In this document: positions 13,086 to 26,945 of the stretch, piece by piece
How the letters are laid out: every line of letters starts with the position of its first letter
Position numbering within the stretch: position 1 is the first letter of the stretch
Assembly (NCBI GenBank): GCA_951406725.2
Contig: OX597822.1
Span: forward strand, 18,538,001-18,602,000
Length of the DNA: 64,000 nucleotides
Reading direction: 5' to 3'
Source of the DNA: Octopus vulgaris
Taxonomy: Eukaryota
Notes under the pieces: model-generated
Told to the model about the DNA's origin: nothing
The model's database searches: none
What the model saw: only the letters and a program-made list of their open reading frames with translations
Made by a program: the position numbers and the translations under genes

Positions 13086-14099
13086 TTCTACTTACATGTA
13101 TATTACTAATATATATTTACATATCTGAATAAGTTAATCTTGAACTTGTCTGTATTATGTAAACTATTTCATACACAATTCATATTATATTGCATTATTA
13201 TGATAATACACTTTATTACGTTTATATACAGTGTGAGTCATTGTAAATTTATTTCAATGAATTCTGATAACTTTTGTCTGAATGGACTTCAACTAAGATA
13301 TATCTGTAAATCGAAATAAATAAAATCTCTATAAATATATTTATGTTTGGTTTTATTTTTAGCTGATTCTATGTAAAATAGAAGCTTTCCATTGATGGAA
13401 CATTGTGTTTCAATTACATTCGTATTACAATTGTTCTGTTGTTCTCTTTATAAGCAACTTTTAAAACTCAAGGTTTCAAAAAGTAGTCAATGCTCATGGT
13501 ATTCTTTATGTCACAATATTGGGTTCACTGGGTGTAGCCATGTGTGAAAGGGTCATCACTAGCTTTGTCATCTTAGTTCTATGACCCAATGTGTTTCCAT
13601 ATTAAAACCGTCTGATATTTTCCATTTGTTTATTTTTCATAAAGTTCTTCAAATCCATGTTGATGTAAGTATACAATGACTTGAAATTTACACAAAGAAT
13701 GCAAGACTTAATGAAGATTATAATAAAAACCGTTTGTCACAGTTGGCATTTACTATTCTTTGAGAATAGCATCTATAACCATTGACTACATTTTTTCTCT
13801 GAACAGTAAAATTACTTTGACTCTCCTACATTGATATAATTCTCCTCAAATAGTCAGTGGTTGTTTGATCTTGATCTCCTGCACTGTGGGTCCCTATTTT
13901 TCTCCTTAAATCTGCTTTGCCCAATAAATCTTAGAACTCAGTCACCTTAAAACTTCTGATTTTTGAAGTGATATATTTTCTGCTAAAATAGCTGCCCTCA
14001 CTGTTTTTTTCTTCCTTTTAATATTAGGCTCAGTAGCCTGCATTACTCTTGTCAGTTTTGGCATCTGATCCTACATACTTCAATAATGATTTACCATTA

Positions 14100-14495
14100 A
14101 GGCGGCGAGCTGGCAGACACATTAGCACATCAGGCAAAATGCTCAGCGGTATTTCATCTGCCACTACATTCTGAGTTCAAATTCCGTCGAGGTCGACTTT
14201 GCCTTTCATCCTTTCGGGGTTGATTAAATAAGTACCAGTTATGCACTGGGGTCGATATAATCGACTTAATCCATTTGTCTGTCCTTGTTTGTCCTCTCTG
14301 TGTTTAGCCCCTTGTGGGTAGTAAAGAAATAGATACTTCGTCTGTCTTTACATTCTGAGTTCAAATTCTGCTGAGGTCGACTTTGCCTTTCATCTTTTCA
14401 GGGTTGATAAATTAAATACCAGTTGTGTACTGGGGTTGATCTAATTGACAAGGCCCTCCTCCAAAATTTCAGGCCTTGTGCTTAGAATAGAAAAG
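14100..14495 (+). mobile_element. Well-preserved SINE family B copy followed by a partial copy
   Basis: A-box-like gagctggcag, B-box gagttcaaattcc and conserved core gcctttcatcctttcgggg. Confidence 0.85.
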
Positions 14496-17212
14496 AATAA
14501 TGATTCACCAATATTTGCAATGAATTTGCAGTACATTTGACATTCTTTTCATTTTAAAGTCATTTTTCCATGTTTACCAATCTTGTTCAGGATTTTTTGA
14601 TTCATAAATATTATTATTCTTTTATTCTGTTACATGCTTAAGTTATTGGATTGTAGCCATGCTGGGGCTCTGCATTTAAAAGTTCTGTCAGTCAGATCCA
14701 CTCTAGTACTTATTCTTTAATGTCCAGCACTTATTGTATTGGTCTATTTAGGATAAACTCCTAAGCTGAGGGGATGAAAACAAACCAACACCAGCTGTCC
14801 AGTGGCAACAGACAAATATACACGCACTCTCACATTCAAACACACACACACACACACATTTGATAGACCACTACAGTTTCCATCAACCAAATTCACTCAC
14901 AAGGCATTGGTTGACCAGGAACTACAGAAGATTCTTGCTCAAAGTTGAACTAAATTGAAAAGCACATCCTCATTTCTTAACCATGCCTGTACCTTACATT
15001 TGATTATGAACAAAGATGGTCAATCTTGCTGCATTACGTTGCAAGTGAGTGACTTTTATTGTTGCTCAAAGCTGATCAAAGCCCTGTGGGTGGATATGGT
15101 CGATGAAAACTAAAAGAGGTCTAGACTGTTTTTATCAAACTATTGTCTAAGGTTCACTTCAAAATCTTTTCTCAGCCCTCTTTCAGCATCACTTAGTACT
15201 ATTGGATTAATCTTTGATGTAGAATGTTTAATGAATACAACAACTCATTTTGGATTTTGATAGAAAATAAACAGAATGATCCAGATTTATCTTTGATATA
15301 GAATATGAAATGGGTGTTTGTTGTAGCTGTAATAATTTTAATATAAAAAGTGAATGTAATATATAAAAGTGAACCACACACACAAACGGTGGTCTTCTTT
15401 CAATTCCCATGTATGAAATCCACTCACAAGGCTATGGTAAGCCCAGGCTACAGTAGAAAACACATGCCCAAGGTGTCATGCAGTGGGACTGAACTTGAAA
15501 CCACACAGTTGGAAATCAAACTTATCAACCATACAGCCATACTTGCACCTCTGTGCTTGTTTCTTTCTTTCTTTATTTATTTAATTTTCATCATTTTTTC
15601 TAAATTACTTTATGCAAAAATTTTGGGATAAATCACTATTCCCAAGCCAACTAAAGATTGTCAACATCTTTTTGAAGTAATTTATCTAAAAAATAGTGAA
15701 ATGATTTCATTACACAAATGTTCAGGCACAGTTGCGAATTATACACATGCATACACACACACACACACATGTAGGAGCAGGTATGAACTTCTGGTAAAAA
15801 GATTGCTTCTCAACCATGTGGTTCTCAATTTAGTTCCTCTTGTTGGAATCTTGGGCAAATGTCTTGCGAGTGTATTTGGTGGAAAGAAACCCATCGTGCA
15901 TGTGTGTGTGTGTGTTGCTGTCTCCTTCCCTTAATATTCCAGGTTAGTTGTGAACCATCATGTAAGCAGTGTCCTTTGTTCCCAATCTTCCATGGAAACA
16001 TGTCAGGTTATGGAGAAATATTATCTCATTTGGAAACAAGCGAGGTTTGATGACAGGAAGGCCATTCACCCATAGAAAATCTGCCTCAACAAGGTTTTGT
16101 TTGACCAAGCATGGAAAAGTGGATGTTAAATTGTGATTATGATGGTATATACACATCAACGCAATAACTATCATATTAACAAAAGTTTATTTTGGACATA
16201 ATTCCTATAAAAATCATTTTTATTTTTACCAAAACTTCACCTGTTAAGTAGTCTGGTAATAAGCCAAGGTTATTAAGTTTCAAGGGAAAAATTAATTTCT
16301 TCAATATTACACTTCTGCATTTCTTGTATATAATTCCAAAATTTGTTATCAGCAAAATGCTGTTGATAAAACACTTAAAGTAAAGTCATTAATCGAAAGC
16401 TCTGAACTAAGAATGTGATAAAGTGGAAGGAAGAAGCTACTTTTTGTAGTTTTTAATTATTATTTTTTTGTATACAAATCTAATGTTTCAAATATTAAAC
16501 TAGATGTGGTGTTGACTTAAAATCAATATAGATGTGACTGCAGACTGTTATCATTTAAGATTTAAATTTTTACATTTATATGATAACATATATCATCATC
16601 ATAATCATGGTTGTCATTCATCATTTCGTAACTATGTTACATCCAAGCATGGGTGGACAGTTTGACAGGATCTGGTGAGCCACAGGGTTGTGTTGAACTC
16701 CAGCCTCAACTTTGGCATGGTTTCTATGACTGGATGCACTTCCAATGCTTTACAGTGTATAATGCTATTTTTTATGTGTCACCATTGCTAGTGAGGAAAA
16801 GAACAGGAAAAAAAAAACACCCTTGACTAAAGTTGGGTGAAGTGTTTGAGAGGAAATGGTGGCTTTATGCTGGGTGTTGAGAGTCTAAAGTATGATAAAG
16901 GGTATCCTATGACAGGGGTACCCTCTATCATACAGATATTTTGCTATCAGGAAGATCCCTGGCTATACTGCATTGCATAAGGGTGAACAGTATTAACTGA
17001 GAAGAAGATAAAGATGGTAATGATGGGGTGCTAGTGCAAACTCCCAAGACATAAGAAGGTGAATATAAGAGAGGATGGAGATAGCAGACGAGAGGGATAA
17101 AGGAAAGGTGGATAGTTTCATAAGTGCATCAGGTGAGAATAACAAATGGTTATAGATGGGAGTAGAGGTGGATGTAGTGAGTGATAGATATATATTAATA
17201 TGTGTATGTCTC

Positions 17213-17243
<31 letters not shown>

Positions 17244-17250
17244 GTGTATA

Positions 17251-17963
17251 TATCATCATCATCATCATTGTTTAACGTCCACTTTCTATGCTAGCATGGG
17301 TTAGATGGTTTGACTGAGGGCTGGCGATCCAGAAGGCTGCACCAGTCTCCAATTTGATCTGGCAAAGTTTCTACAGCTGAATGCCCTTCCTAACACCAAG
17401 CACTCCGAGAGTGTAGTGGGTGCTTTTACGTGCCACTGGGACAAGGACCAGTCAGGCAGTACTGGCATTGGCCATGCTCAAATGGTACTTTTTACATGCC
17501 ACCTGCACAAGAGCCAGTTCCGTGGCACTGGCAGCAACCATGCTCAAATGGTGCTTTTAATGTTCCACTCGCACAGCTGCCAATCAGGCTGTACTGTCAT
17601 TGGCCATGACAGCAATTTCACTTGCCTCAACAGGTCTTTGCAAGTATAGTTTATTGCCCAATGATTGAAGGGTACTCTTAAATGGGCTGGTTATATAGTA
17701 CTGGCATAGGCCATGTTTATGGTCTCACTTGGCTTGCCGGGTCTTCTGAAGCACAGCATATCTCCAAAGGTGTCAGTCACTTGTCATTGCCTCGGTAAGG
17801 CCCAATGTTCGAAGGTTGTGCTTCACCCCCCTCAACCCAGGTCTTCCTGAGTCTACCTCTTCCACAAGTTCCCTCAACTGCTAGGGTTTGACACTTTTTC
17901 ACACAGCTGTCCTCATCCATTTGCAACACATGATCATACCAGCACAGTTGTCTCTCTTGCACA

Positions 17964-17965
<2 letters not shown>
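17251..17965 (-). mobile_element. 3' fragment of the PHD-containing RTE-type LINE family
   Basis: GVQERQLCWYDHVLQMDEDSCVKKC; 3' UTR repeats; (GAT)n tail. Confidence 0.85.
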
Positions 17966-18009
<44 letters not shown>

Positions 18010-18342
18010 GTATGTATGTGTATATATAATAAAATATTCACAGTATTTAAATATGAGCTACCAATGGCTTCATGCTGTGGAAACACAATAATATATATCA
18101 TGTCTTGTGGTTTATGCCTGAAGGGGGCCAAGGAGACACAAGACACAAAATCTGCTGAATTATTGTTTCCACTACATTCAACTGTTGGTAGCTCTAATTA
18201 AATACTGTATGTCTCAAACATTTATTTCTCACTGGATAGAGTACTTTCTTTGATAAAGAAGAGTTACTGTAACCATGATGTTCCAGTGATCTGATGAGCT
18301 AGCTTTCTTTATAGACATTAATTTGTGAATATGCAATTCTAT

Positions 18343-20246
18343 CAGGGGCGTGCACTCTCAGGTATGCAAGGTATGCGTTGCATGCCCTGTGATTTTTTTA
18401 TTCATATGATCGGAAAATTAGATAAAATAGTTACTTTGTTTCAAAGAAAATCCGTCCAGTTCTATTTTTCTCCCCTTCTCTCTCAGTGACTCTACTTCTG
18501 CTTTTAGAAGTCATGCATTGACAAGACCAGCATGTTAGACACTCCCTCTCTGTCTCAGTTTGTCCTTCCTTCCTCTCTCTCTCACTCTTAGCGACTTGTT
18601 TAAAAGACATGCTAAGGGGATAGGGCATTTGAAATATTTTTACCCCCTTCTTCTTTCTCTTAGTGGCTATGCTGTGGGAAGACCCGCATGACTTCCCTCT
18701 CTGTCTCTTAGTTTGTCCCTCCTTCCTCTCTCTCTCTTAGTGAATTCATAAAACAGATGCTAGGAGGGAAGGTCTTTCATAATATTTTGTACCCCCTTCC
18801 CCTTTCTCTCAGTGGCATGTCATGCTATGAGCTGACCGAATGATACCCACTTTCTGTATCTTTCTGTTTTGTTGAAATTGACTTACAATTTACGCCAGCG
18901 TTTCCACGTGTGTTCGTATATAAGAACAGCCTTTTACGAAATGAGTGAAATGTGTGTTATAAACAATATTTTGAGAAATAGTTTTTCGAAAGGAGAATTT
19001 GATGGAAAATAATTAATTATATCGGTGGGAGACCAAAGGGCTAATGCATTAGATAACATTGTTAAAAAAAAGATTTCCGAAGCCAACAGCCTCACGGCTT
19101 AGTATTACCACAAAGGAAAATTATCATTTCATAATCAGCCTTTTTGAGCACATCATTGAAAATCCTGAAGCATGGGATGATACCACCATAAATTCAGCAA
19201 TTGGATTCTTACAAACTTTAAAAGCTCCTGATTTCTTATTTTTGTTAGAAGTATTCAGTGAGATTTTTTCTTTTTTCATATTTAACATCCTCCAGAGTAA
19301 AAGTCATGACATAGTGTATTGTAAAGATCAAATAGATAAAACTAGAACTGTACTCGAAAACAGACTTGATAATTTTTCAATCTCTTTTACTTGTTTCAGT
19401 CATTTGACTGCGGCCATGCTCGAGCACCGCCTTTAATCGAGCAACTCGACCCCGGGACTTATTCTATCGGTCTATTTTGCCGAACCGCTAAGTAACGGGG
19501 ACATAAACACACCAGCATCGGTTGCCAAGCAATGCTAGGGGGACAAACACAGACGCACAAACACACACACACGCATATATATACATATATACCACGGGCT
19601 TCTTTCAGTTTCCGTCTACCAAATCCACTCACAAGGCTTTGGTCGGCCCGAGACTATAGTAGAAGACCCTTGCCCAAGGTGCCACGCAGTGGAACTGAAC
19701 CCGGGGGGAAAAATATGGAGTCGATGCAGGAATCGGAATTCAGAGATCCAAGAATATATCTATTGAGCTCCAACGACATTATAAAATGCTTTATAACAAA
19801 ATTATCAGTGCAATAGTTGACCAAATAAAAGCACGATATTCATCCTTAGAAGAGTTTAAATTCATGGAACTTTCGAATTTCAACAAATTTGATGAGTATT
19901 GCAAACAATTTAAAAATCATGGGTACTATTTAAGAAGAGTGGTCCCGGTGCGCGCACCCGAGCATCCACGCCAGCTAGTCGTGACTAGTCGATCCTTACT
20001 TTGTGTTTTATTTACTTTGCTAGATAGTCGTAGGATCGACTAATCACGACTAGCCAGTACTTCTTAAATAGTACCAGGGCGACGTTTTTTTTTATTCTAG
20101 GTCATACGGGGTTGATTGCATATTCAGAATATCCCATATGTAAATCATAGGAATTCGAAAATTTTTTTTCCTGAAAATTTGCCCGGGGGGGGGGGGGGGA
20201 AGAAATTCATTGCATGTCCAGCCCCGGAAGTCACCGCACGCCACTG
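18343..20246 (+). mobile_element. hAT DNA transposon, internally deleted, with nested SINE and hairpin insert
   Basis: TIRs caggggcgtgc and gcacgccactg; perfect 8-bp TSD aattctat at 18335-18342 and 20247-20254; transposase remnant FLFLLEVFSEIF..FNILQSKSHDIVYC (19059-19436). Confidence 0.9.
19381..19705 (-). mobile_element. SINE family A copy inserted in the hAT
   Basis: Reverse complement of the family A sequence seen at 36651-37063. Confidence 0.85.
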
Positions 20247-20699
20247 AATTCTATTGTACAACACTGAGTATACATATTAATGCCAACATGTACACAGAAT
20301 TTCTTGGATATTTGAAATTAATACTATGTTAAGAAGGTTGTCAAAATGGTCATAATCCTATGGATGTCACATTGTTAAATAAATATATAATCAACTCTCA
20401 TATCTCCTGACCTTATGGTTTTATATTTTACTCACGAAATACCTTCATTGACTGGATCTTCTGGATTTTCAGTGACGTGGACACTCTATATTACACTTCT
20501 TTGTAATTGATTGCTCTGTGGATTGATAGTAGATTCTGTAAGAAGAGCTTTCTGTGTTAGTCACACAGTTCTCTTATTCCACATCTTGTACTACTAATAT
20601 GCATGTATGTATAAATGAACATGCATGGGCATGCGTGCACACATGTGCACAAATGCATGCACACACACAGACTGCAATTTGATGTTAAGTGCTGCTCTG

Positions 20700-21750
20700 A
20701 GAAATCTTGAGTTTGTTCCATTTAGTTTTCTTTCCTATGTCTTCATTAGAATCTACTTTAGTACAGCTGTGTAAGAACACGGTTTCTATAGTTACTCTAG
20801 AGAAACTAATCTTAAGCTCTCTGTTTCACTTTGATCTCCAAATGGTGTCCCTCTCTGACTGAGCTGATCATGTTTTTAACAATGTGAATTTTAAAGCCTT
20901 TTTCTCTTTTTCATCCCATCAGCACAATTACAAGAAATCGATTATGTTTTTCTGACTTGTATCCAGCTGTTGTTAATAGGCAGCTTTCTTTTTGGATGTA
21001 AGCTATGTACTTTGTTTTATCCTCATCTGTAAGTCAATCAGGGAAGCACCGAACTCAACTCACGATAAAAACATAAGCTTGTTTTGTTGCCTCAGATCTT
21101 AATGCTAAGTCCTCATCTGTGGGGTGCACTGCAGGATGTCTCCTGTTGCATTCTTATTGTGGTTTAAAACTGATTAAATCACCATCTTTTGTTGCTTCTC
21201 CCATCACTTAGCCTAGTGCTATTATGAATAGGAAAGGGGTGAGGCTACCAAAATTTCAAAGGACACAGAGGTGTCGTTGTGGAGCACTTCAACAGTCAAG
21301 ACTATTTTCCAGAGGATTCTGTGAGCAACCAATGGATTAAGTCAAGAACTTTTTGGAAATCTATGAATTTCAGTATTGCTGAAAACCATTCTGATTTGAC
21401 TCCTTCAATGAGTAGCCTTACTGCTTGTATCTATGCTGTTGTTGTTCTACTTTTCCAAATCCATTTTGTTATGCAGAAGTGTATAACAAAATGAGGCCTT
21501 ATTCTATTTGGGAACATTTTGCTGTGAATTTTTGCTGTCACCACTGTTCATGTGATATCTTTGTAATTTCTCAAAGATGCCAAGTTACCTTTCTTTGGAA
21601 ATAGTAGGATTCTTCCCTGTCTCCACATTGTTGTCATGTCTCCTTTGTATGTTTTAGTGCAAGTCTCCTGATGTTGCTCATTTAAATGACCAGTTTTGCA
21701 AACTTCAGCTGGAATCTGAAGCTGTGAAGTTTTGTTGTTCTTAAGTGTTA
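20700..21750 (-). mobile_element. Highly decayed LINE relic
   Basis: ORF 21548-21769 IPAEVCKTG...LLFPKKGNLASLRNYKDIT resembles the RT N-terminal motif PKKG..L...NYR.I. Confidence 0.55.
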
Positions 21751-22232
21751 GACATATATTTATGTACACTTAAGCATATATAAATATATGTAGATGTACA
21801 CATATACACAAACACACCCACACATAGATATTAAAAGTGATATCTTTGTGTTAAGCACTTGATTGTGACATTGGTGTCATACCTACAATTCTAAAATTAA
21901 TTAGTCTTACTAAGACAATAATTAAGTTTTAGCTCACCGCCATATCATAATTCCTATCTCTGCACCTTAACCAAAGTCAGAGTTAATTCGGAGCACAAGG
22001 TCAATCAGTACAGTTCACTGCTGTTTCATACTTGGCTGTAATAAAACAGCTGTCATATTGCAATTTGTATAAAGTTTAAATCCAGATTAATAACGAAAAT
22101 GAATTTACTTCAGAATATAAGAATTTACAAAGTTCGTTTTGGAATGTAGTCATCTATAAATTTCACAAATGCTGTTCAGTATTGTATAAACATATTTTAT
22201 ATCATATACACATGTATATGTATATATGTGTG

Positions 22233-22278
<46 letters not shown>

Positions 22279-22303
22279 TGTATGTATGTTTATGTATGTT
22301 TAT

Positions 22304-22930
22304 GTCAGGTCACTTTCGAGTGCTACTGGTAACATGTAACCCAGTACAACCTGTTGCAAGGTCAGGCCGTCGGTGACTAAACCTGCAACCCCACTAAGCC
22401 TGCTTGGTGAGGAGGGTGATTATTGGACACCCTGCGGGATGAAAAACAAAACCTGTCAAAGGGCGGAGGAACTCTTGAGAGTCAACGGCCATCCAATAAA
22501 TGTGTATTTTTTTTTCTCTTAAGGCTTAAGGCTGTATCATGCGTGGGGACATAGAAATAATTGGACTGAATACCCGATTGCACGGTTAAACCATTGGGAG
22601 TGAAGAACTCCTAGCCTTTGTTAGGGCATCCTTCTAGGAGAAGGTAACTCAGGTAACTGGGATAACTCCGACATAAAATCTGCGGCTCAGTGGTTACCGA
22701 TGATGTTGACTTGTTCTTCTTTTCGGATTATGGCTGCCTTTTAAAAAAAAATCTTCTTGCACAGGCATTGCACGATAACAACATTGTTCATGATTGTTGA
22801 TGGTACTGTGAGTCTCAACTGAATGGCTGGCTGTAGCCTTAAAATGCAAATAAAGTCACATTCGATCACAGCACCAATAACAGTTAAGCTTCGTGCAATG
22901 GCCATACTCGATAACGAGGGGGCAGCCATC
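22304..22930 (+). mobile_element. Non-autonomous bipartite RTE-derived element (5' UTR joined to 3' end)
   Basis: Shares the motif tctaggagaaggt.actc and the 3' end gcaatgg...ctc..cgag.gg.c.gccatc(atgt)n with the adjacent RTE; has no coding region. Confidence 0.65.
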
Positions 22931-22989
22931 ATGTATGTATGTATGTATGTATGTATGTATGTATGCATGCATGCATGCATGCAGCATGG

Positions 22990-25900
22990 GTATGCAGAAA
23001 TTCCAGGGTGGTGTCCAGCATGCTGAAAGACCACTGGGAGTGAGGCGCCCCTCAGCTTTTGTTAAAGCATGCCTCTAGGAGAAGGTCACTCTGATATAAA
23101 ACCAGATATGCAGGGAATGGCATTGGACATTTTGGGGATCTTTGGTTTGTGTTAGAGATCACAGCGCTCCCACATCCCTGAGCCTGCGACTCATATTGGC
23201 ACCAGACATCTTGCTCCGGCTTGTCTCTGGATAATGTCAATAAAGTGGAGAGGTTCTATGAGGTGTTGTGCAAGCCTTATTGGACCTAAAACTCTGCACA
23301 GGCATTGCCGACCTCTGCTCGATATGTGCATTTTCTTTTTCTTTCTATGTATATTTATTTTATTTTTAATATATATTTTCTTCATTTTTAGTATATATTT
23401 TTACTTATTTACTTATTTTTATTTTTTTTATTCGGAAGTCCTGTGGCGATGGGAAGGTGATGAAGCATGCAGACCTGATGGGTTGGAAGCATGTAGTCAG
23501 CGACCTGCATGTAGGCGGCCCATGCTAGATATAAAGTCGTCTCCTTATCGCCCAAGACAGCGGTAGGATTCGGTTGCTGCATGGGTGTCTGAGCAGCTCC
23601 ATTTGGAGAGGGCACTGCTCACCGGGAGACCGGGGAGGTTCTAGAAAAGGTGAACCAAAAATTGCCTGTCTTTCCATATCTGGTCAGTTTAGCGCGACTG
23701 ATGGATGTCCACCCTGCGCTCGAAAAACAAAGAGTCTTTTATCTATAAAATCTGGACGGAACTTAAACATTTCACGTTGGAATGTGCGCACTCTGTTGGA
23801 CAACAAGAGTAATTGCAGGCCTGAAAGACGCACTGCACTTGTTGCTCGTGAGCTGAACCGTTATAAAATTGATATAGCTGCACTCTCAGAGACTCGTATA
23901 GAAGGTGATGGTCAGCTTGAGGAAGTAGGAGGTGGATACACTTTTTTTTGGAAAGGAAGGCAGAAGGAGGAGCGCAGAGAGGCTGGTGTTGGTTTTTGCA
24001 GTCCGATCTGATATTCTTAAGAAGTTGGAAGAGCTCCCTGTTCCTATAAATGAATGTATAATGACCCTACGGTTGCACTTGAAAGGTAAGCGGTTTGCTA
24101 CTCTAATAAGTGCCTATGCACCTACTTTGACTATCTGTGATGAAGATAAAACAATCTTTTATACCCAGCTGAGAGCCATACTTAGAAAAATCCCCAATTC
24201 TGATAAAGTCATTCTACTGGGGGATTTTAATTCCAGAGTTGGAACAGACTGGCAAACATGGAACTCTCTAGGACGTTTTGGAGTAGGGAAAATGAATAGC
24301 AATGGTCTCATGCTACTGGAGCTTTGCGAAGAACATGGACTTTACATTGCAAGCACTCATTTTTTGCACAAAGGTGATCACACAACAACATGGATGCATC
24401 CAGGGTCCAAAGTTTGGCACTTGCTGAATTATGTCATCATCCGCAAGCGCGACATTTATGACAGTTGTAATCTCAAGTCCTTGCATGGATCAGAATGCTG
24501 GACAGACCACAGTCTGGTGCGAGCAAAGTTCCGAATGGTGATTAGGGCGAAAGAGAGAAGAGGACCAGCCAGCATTCCTCACCGTCCAAATGTCCACAAG
24601 GTATATGATGTTGTGGTTAGGAAAGAGCTTCAGACTCGCTTGTCCAGCATTGAAACTGCTGCAGCATGGGAAGATTTTCAAGACCAGGTTGTTCAATGTG
24701 CAGCCGAAACACTGGGGTATGTTACTGCTAGACACAGAGACTGGTTTGATGAGAATGATGCTGAAATTCAACGACTATTAGTGGTAAAGCGCTATGCCCA
24801 CAGTGTGTAGCACTTGCCCACTATAACCGTGTAAAATCACTACTGCAGCAATCTCTCAGGAAGATGCAGAACACTTGGTGGGAGGATCTTGCTCATGATG
24901 TTCAGGCTGCTGCTGATGCAAATGACAGCAAGAAACTTTACCATCTTATGAAGCGAGCTTATGGACCTAAGAGCTCCACATCAGCTCCTTTGCTTTCCAA
25001 GGAGTCTTCCACTCTGTTTACTAAATCAACAGAAATCACAGGTCGCTGGATCAAACACTTCTCTGAACTCCTAAACCATGAGTCAGTTGTGGATGAAACA
25101 GTGATTGATACTATGAAACAAAGACCTATCATTGGCTCCTTAGACTCCTCGCCCTCAATAGATGAAGTAATGACATCAATAAGTAAATTGAATCTTGGCA
25201 GGGCACCTGGAAAGGATGGAATTTGTACTGAGGTCTTGCGATTTGGTGGTAATTGCATCACACAGTCCCTTTATGAACTTATTAATGCAATCTGGAGGGA
25301 TGGTGCAATCCCTAAGGACTGGAAGGATGCAATTATTCTTCCTCTATATAAAGGAAAAGGAGCCAGAACAATGTGTGGTAACTACAGAGGTATTGCTCTA
25401 CTATCAGCTGCTGGCAAGGTTCTGGCAAATATTCTTCTTGCCCGTCTGAATGGGTGTCTCGTAAATGATGTCCTATCTGAATCTCAATGTGGCTTCCAAT
25501 CTGGTAAAGGGATAATGGATATGATTTTCATAGCAAGACAAATGCAGAAGTGCTATGAGCAGAATATGGATCTTGTCCAGGTATTCATTGATTTAACTAA
25601 GGCCTTTGATACTGTAAATAGAGCCTTGCTATGGAAAATACTTGGCAAACTTGGATGTCACTTTATATCTATAATTAAATCATTTCATAATGGGATGGAG
25701 GCTTGGGTCAATGTTGATGGTGCCATGGCGGGACCCATTCCTGTAGAGAATGGTGTCAAGCAGGGTGACATCCTTGCCCCAACTCTCTTTTCTTTGTACT
25801 TTGCTGCGACTTTTACTCATGCTTTTGCTAAGGTTAGCTCTCTGGGAATATATGTCAGATATCAATCTTCTCGCCGCCTCTTTAATCTTCGCCGATTTGC

Positions 25901-26945
25901 TGCCAATTCAAAGGTTTCCCAGTCTATTATTCGTGACCTCCTTTATGCAGATGACTGTGACTTAGTCACTCATACAGTGGATGACATGCAAATACTCATG
26001 AATTGCTTCTTGCAGGGCATTTGGACTCAGCATTAGCCTGGACAAGACTGTTGTAATGTTCCAGCCTGCACCAGGAAATCCATATATAGAACCAGCTACC
26101 TTGGTTGAAGGAACAATTCTGAAGGTAGTAGACAAGTTTGTCTACCTGGGCAGCACTCTCAACCGTTCTTGCTTCCTGGATGAGGGAATATCTTTCAGGT
26201 TGCAGAGAGCAACTAATTCCTTCCGGTCTCTTCAGTCTCGTGTCTGGTCCCAACATGGCATCGCAAGGAGAACAAAAGTTGCTGTGTACCATGCTTGTGT
26301 ACTGACATCGCTTCTCTACTCATGTGAGACATGGACTCTGTACAAACGTCAGGTAAGGGTCCTTGAACGTTTTCATCAGAGATGTCTCAGACACATTCTC
26401 AATGTTGGCTGGACCTCAAAAATTCCAGACACACAGATCCTGAGGACAGCTGATATCTTGAGTATTGAGGCAGTGGTGCACAAGCACCGGTTGCGTTGGA
26501 CTGGACACCTTATTAGAATGTGGGATAGAAGGATTCCTAAGCAGATGCTCTATGGAGAACTTGTGAATGGTAGGAGACTCCGGCAGAAACCAAGGCTGCG
26601 ATTTAAGGACTGTGTCAAGTCCTCATTAAAGGCCTGTGATATGCAGGACACTGACTGGGAGAACAATGCCTGTCATCGCCACAGATGGAGGAAGCAGGTT
26701 AAGGAGGGGATCAACACTTTAGAGAGAGCACGTATCCAGCATGAAGAACTTAAGCAAGCTGCGCGAAAGCGCACGGCTTGTATAGTGAATGGGGAAAGCT
26801 TGGTCTGCAATGTTTGCAGTCGTGTATGCTTGTCAAGAGCAGGGCTCAATGGAGCCGCAAATGCAAAATATAAGTTAGTCCTAGAGCGCACAATGTTCCT
26901 GAAGGTCAGCAATGGTCTTCCTCAGTCACGAGTGGACGGCCATCA
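22990..26945 (+). mobile_element. Near-full-length RTE (BovB-like clade) LINE with APE endonuclease and RT, inactivated by frameshifts and stops
   Basis: WNVRTLLD..RPERRTALVARELNRYKIDIAALSETR; ISAYAPT; LGDFN; TDH; QCGF; FIDLTKAFD; GVKQG; LYADD; FVYLG; LRWTGH; C-terminal CxxC. Confidence 0.95.
23750..26890 (+). pseudogene. RTE ORF (EN-RT) split over ORFs 23574-24011, 23932-24810, 24864-26036 and 26056-27090
   Basis: Colinear APE and RT motifs across four reading segments. Confidence 0.9.

Noticed and set aside
18291-18310. ctgatga-gct-agc as a hammerhead
   Set aside because: No GAAA or cleavage triplet follows
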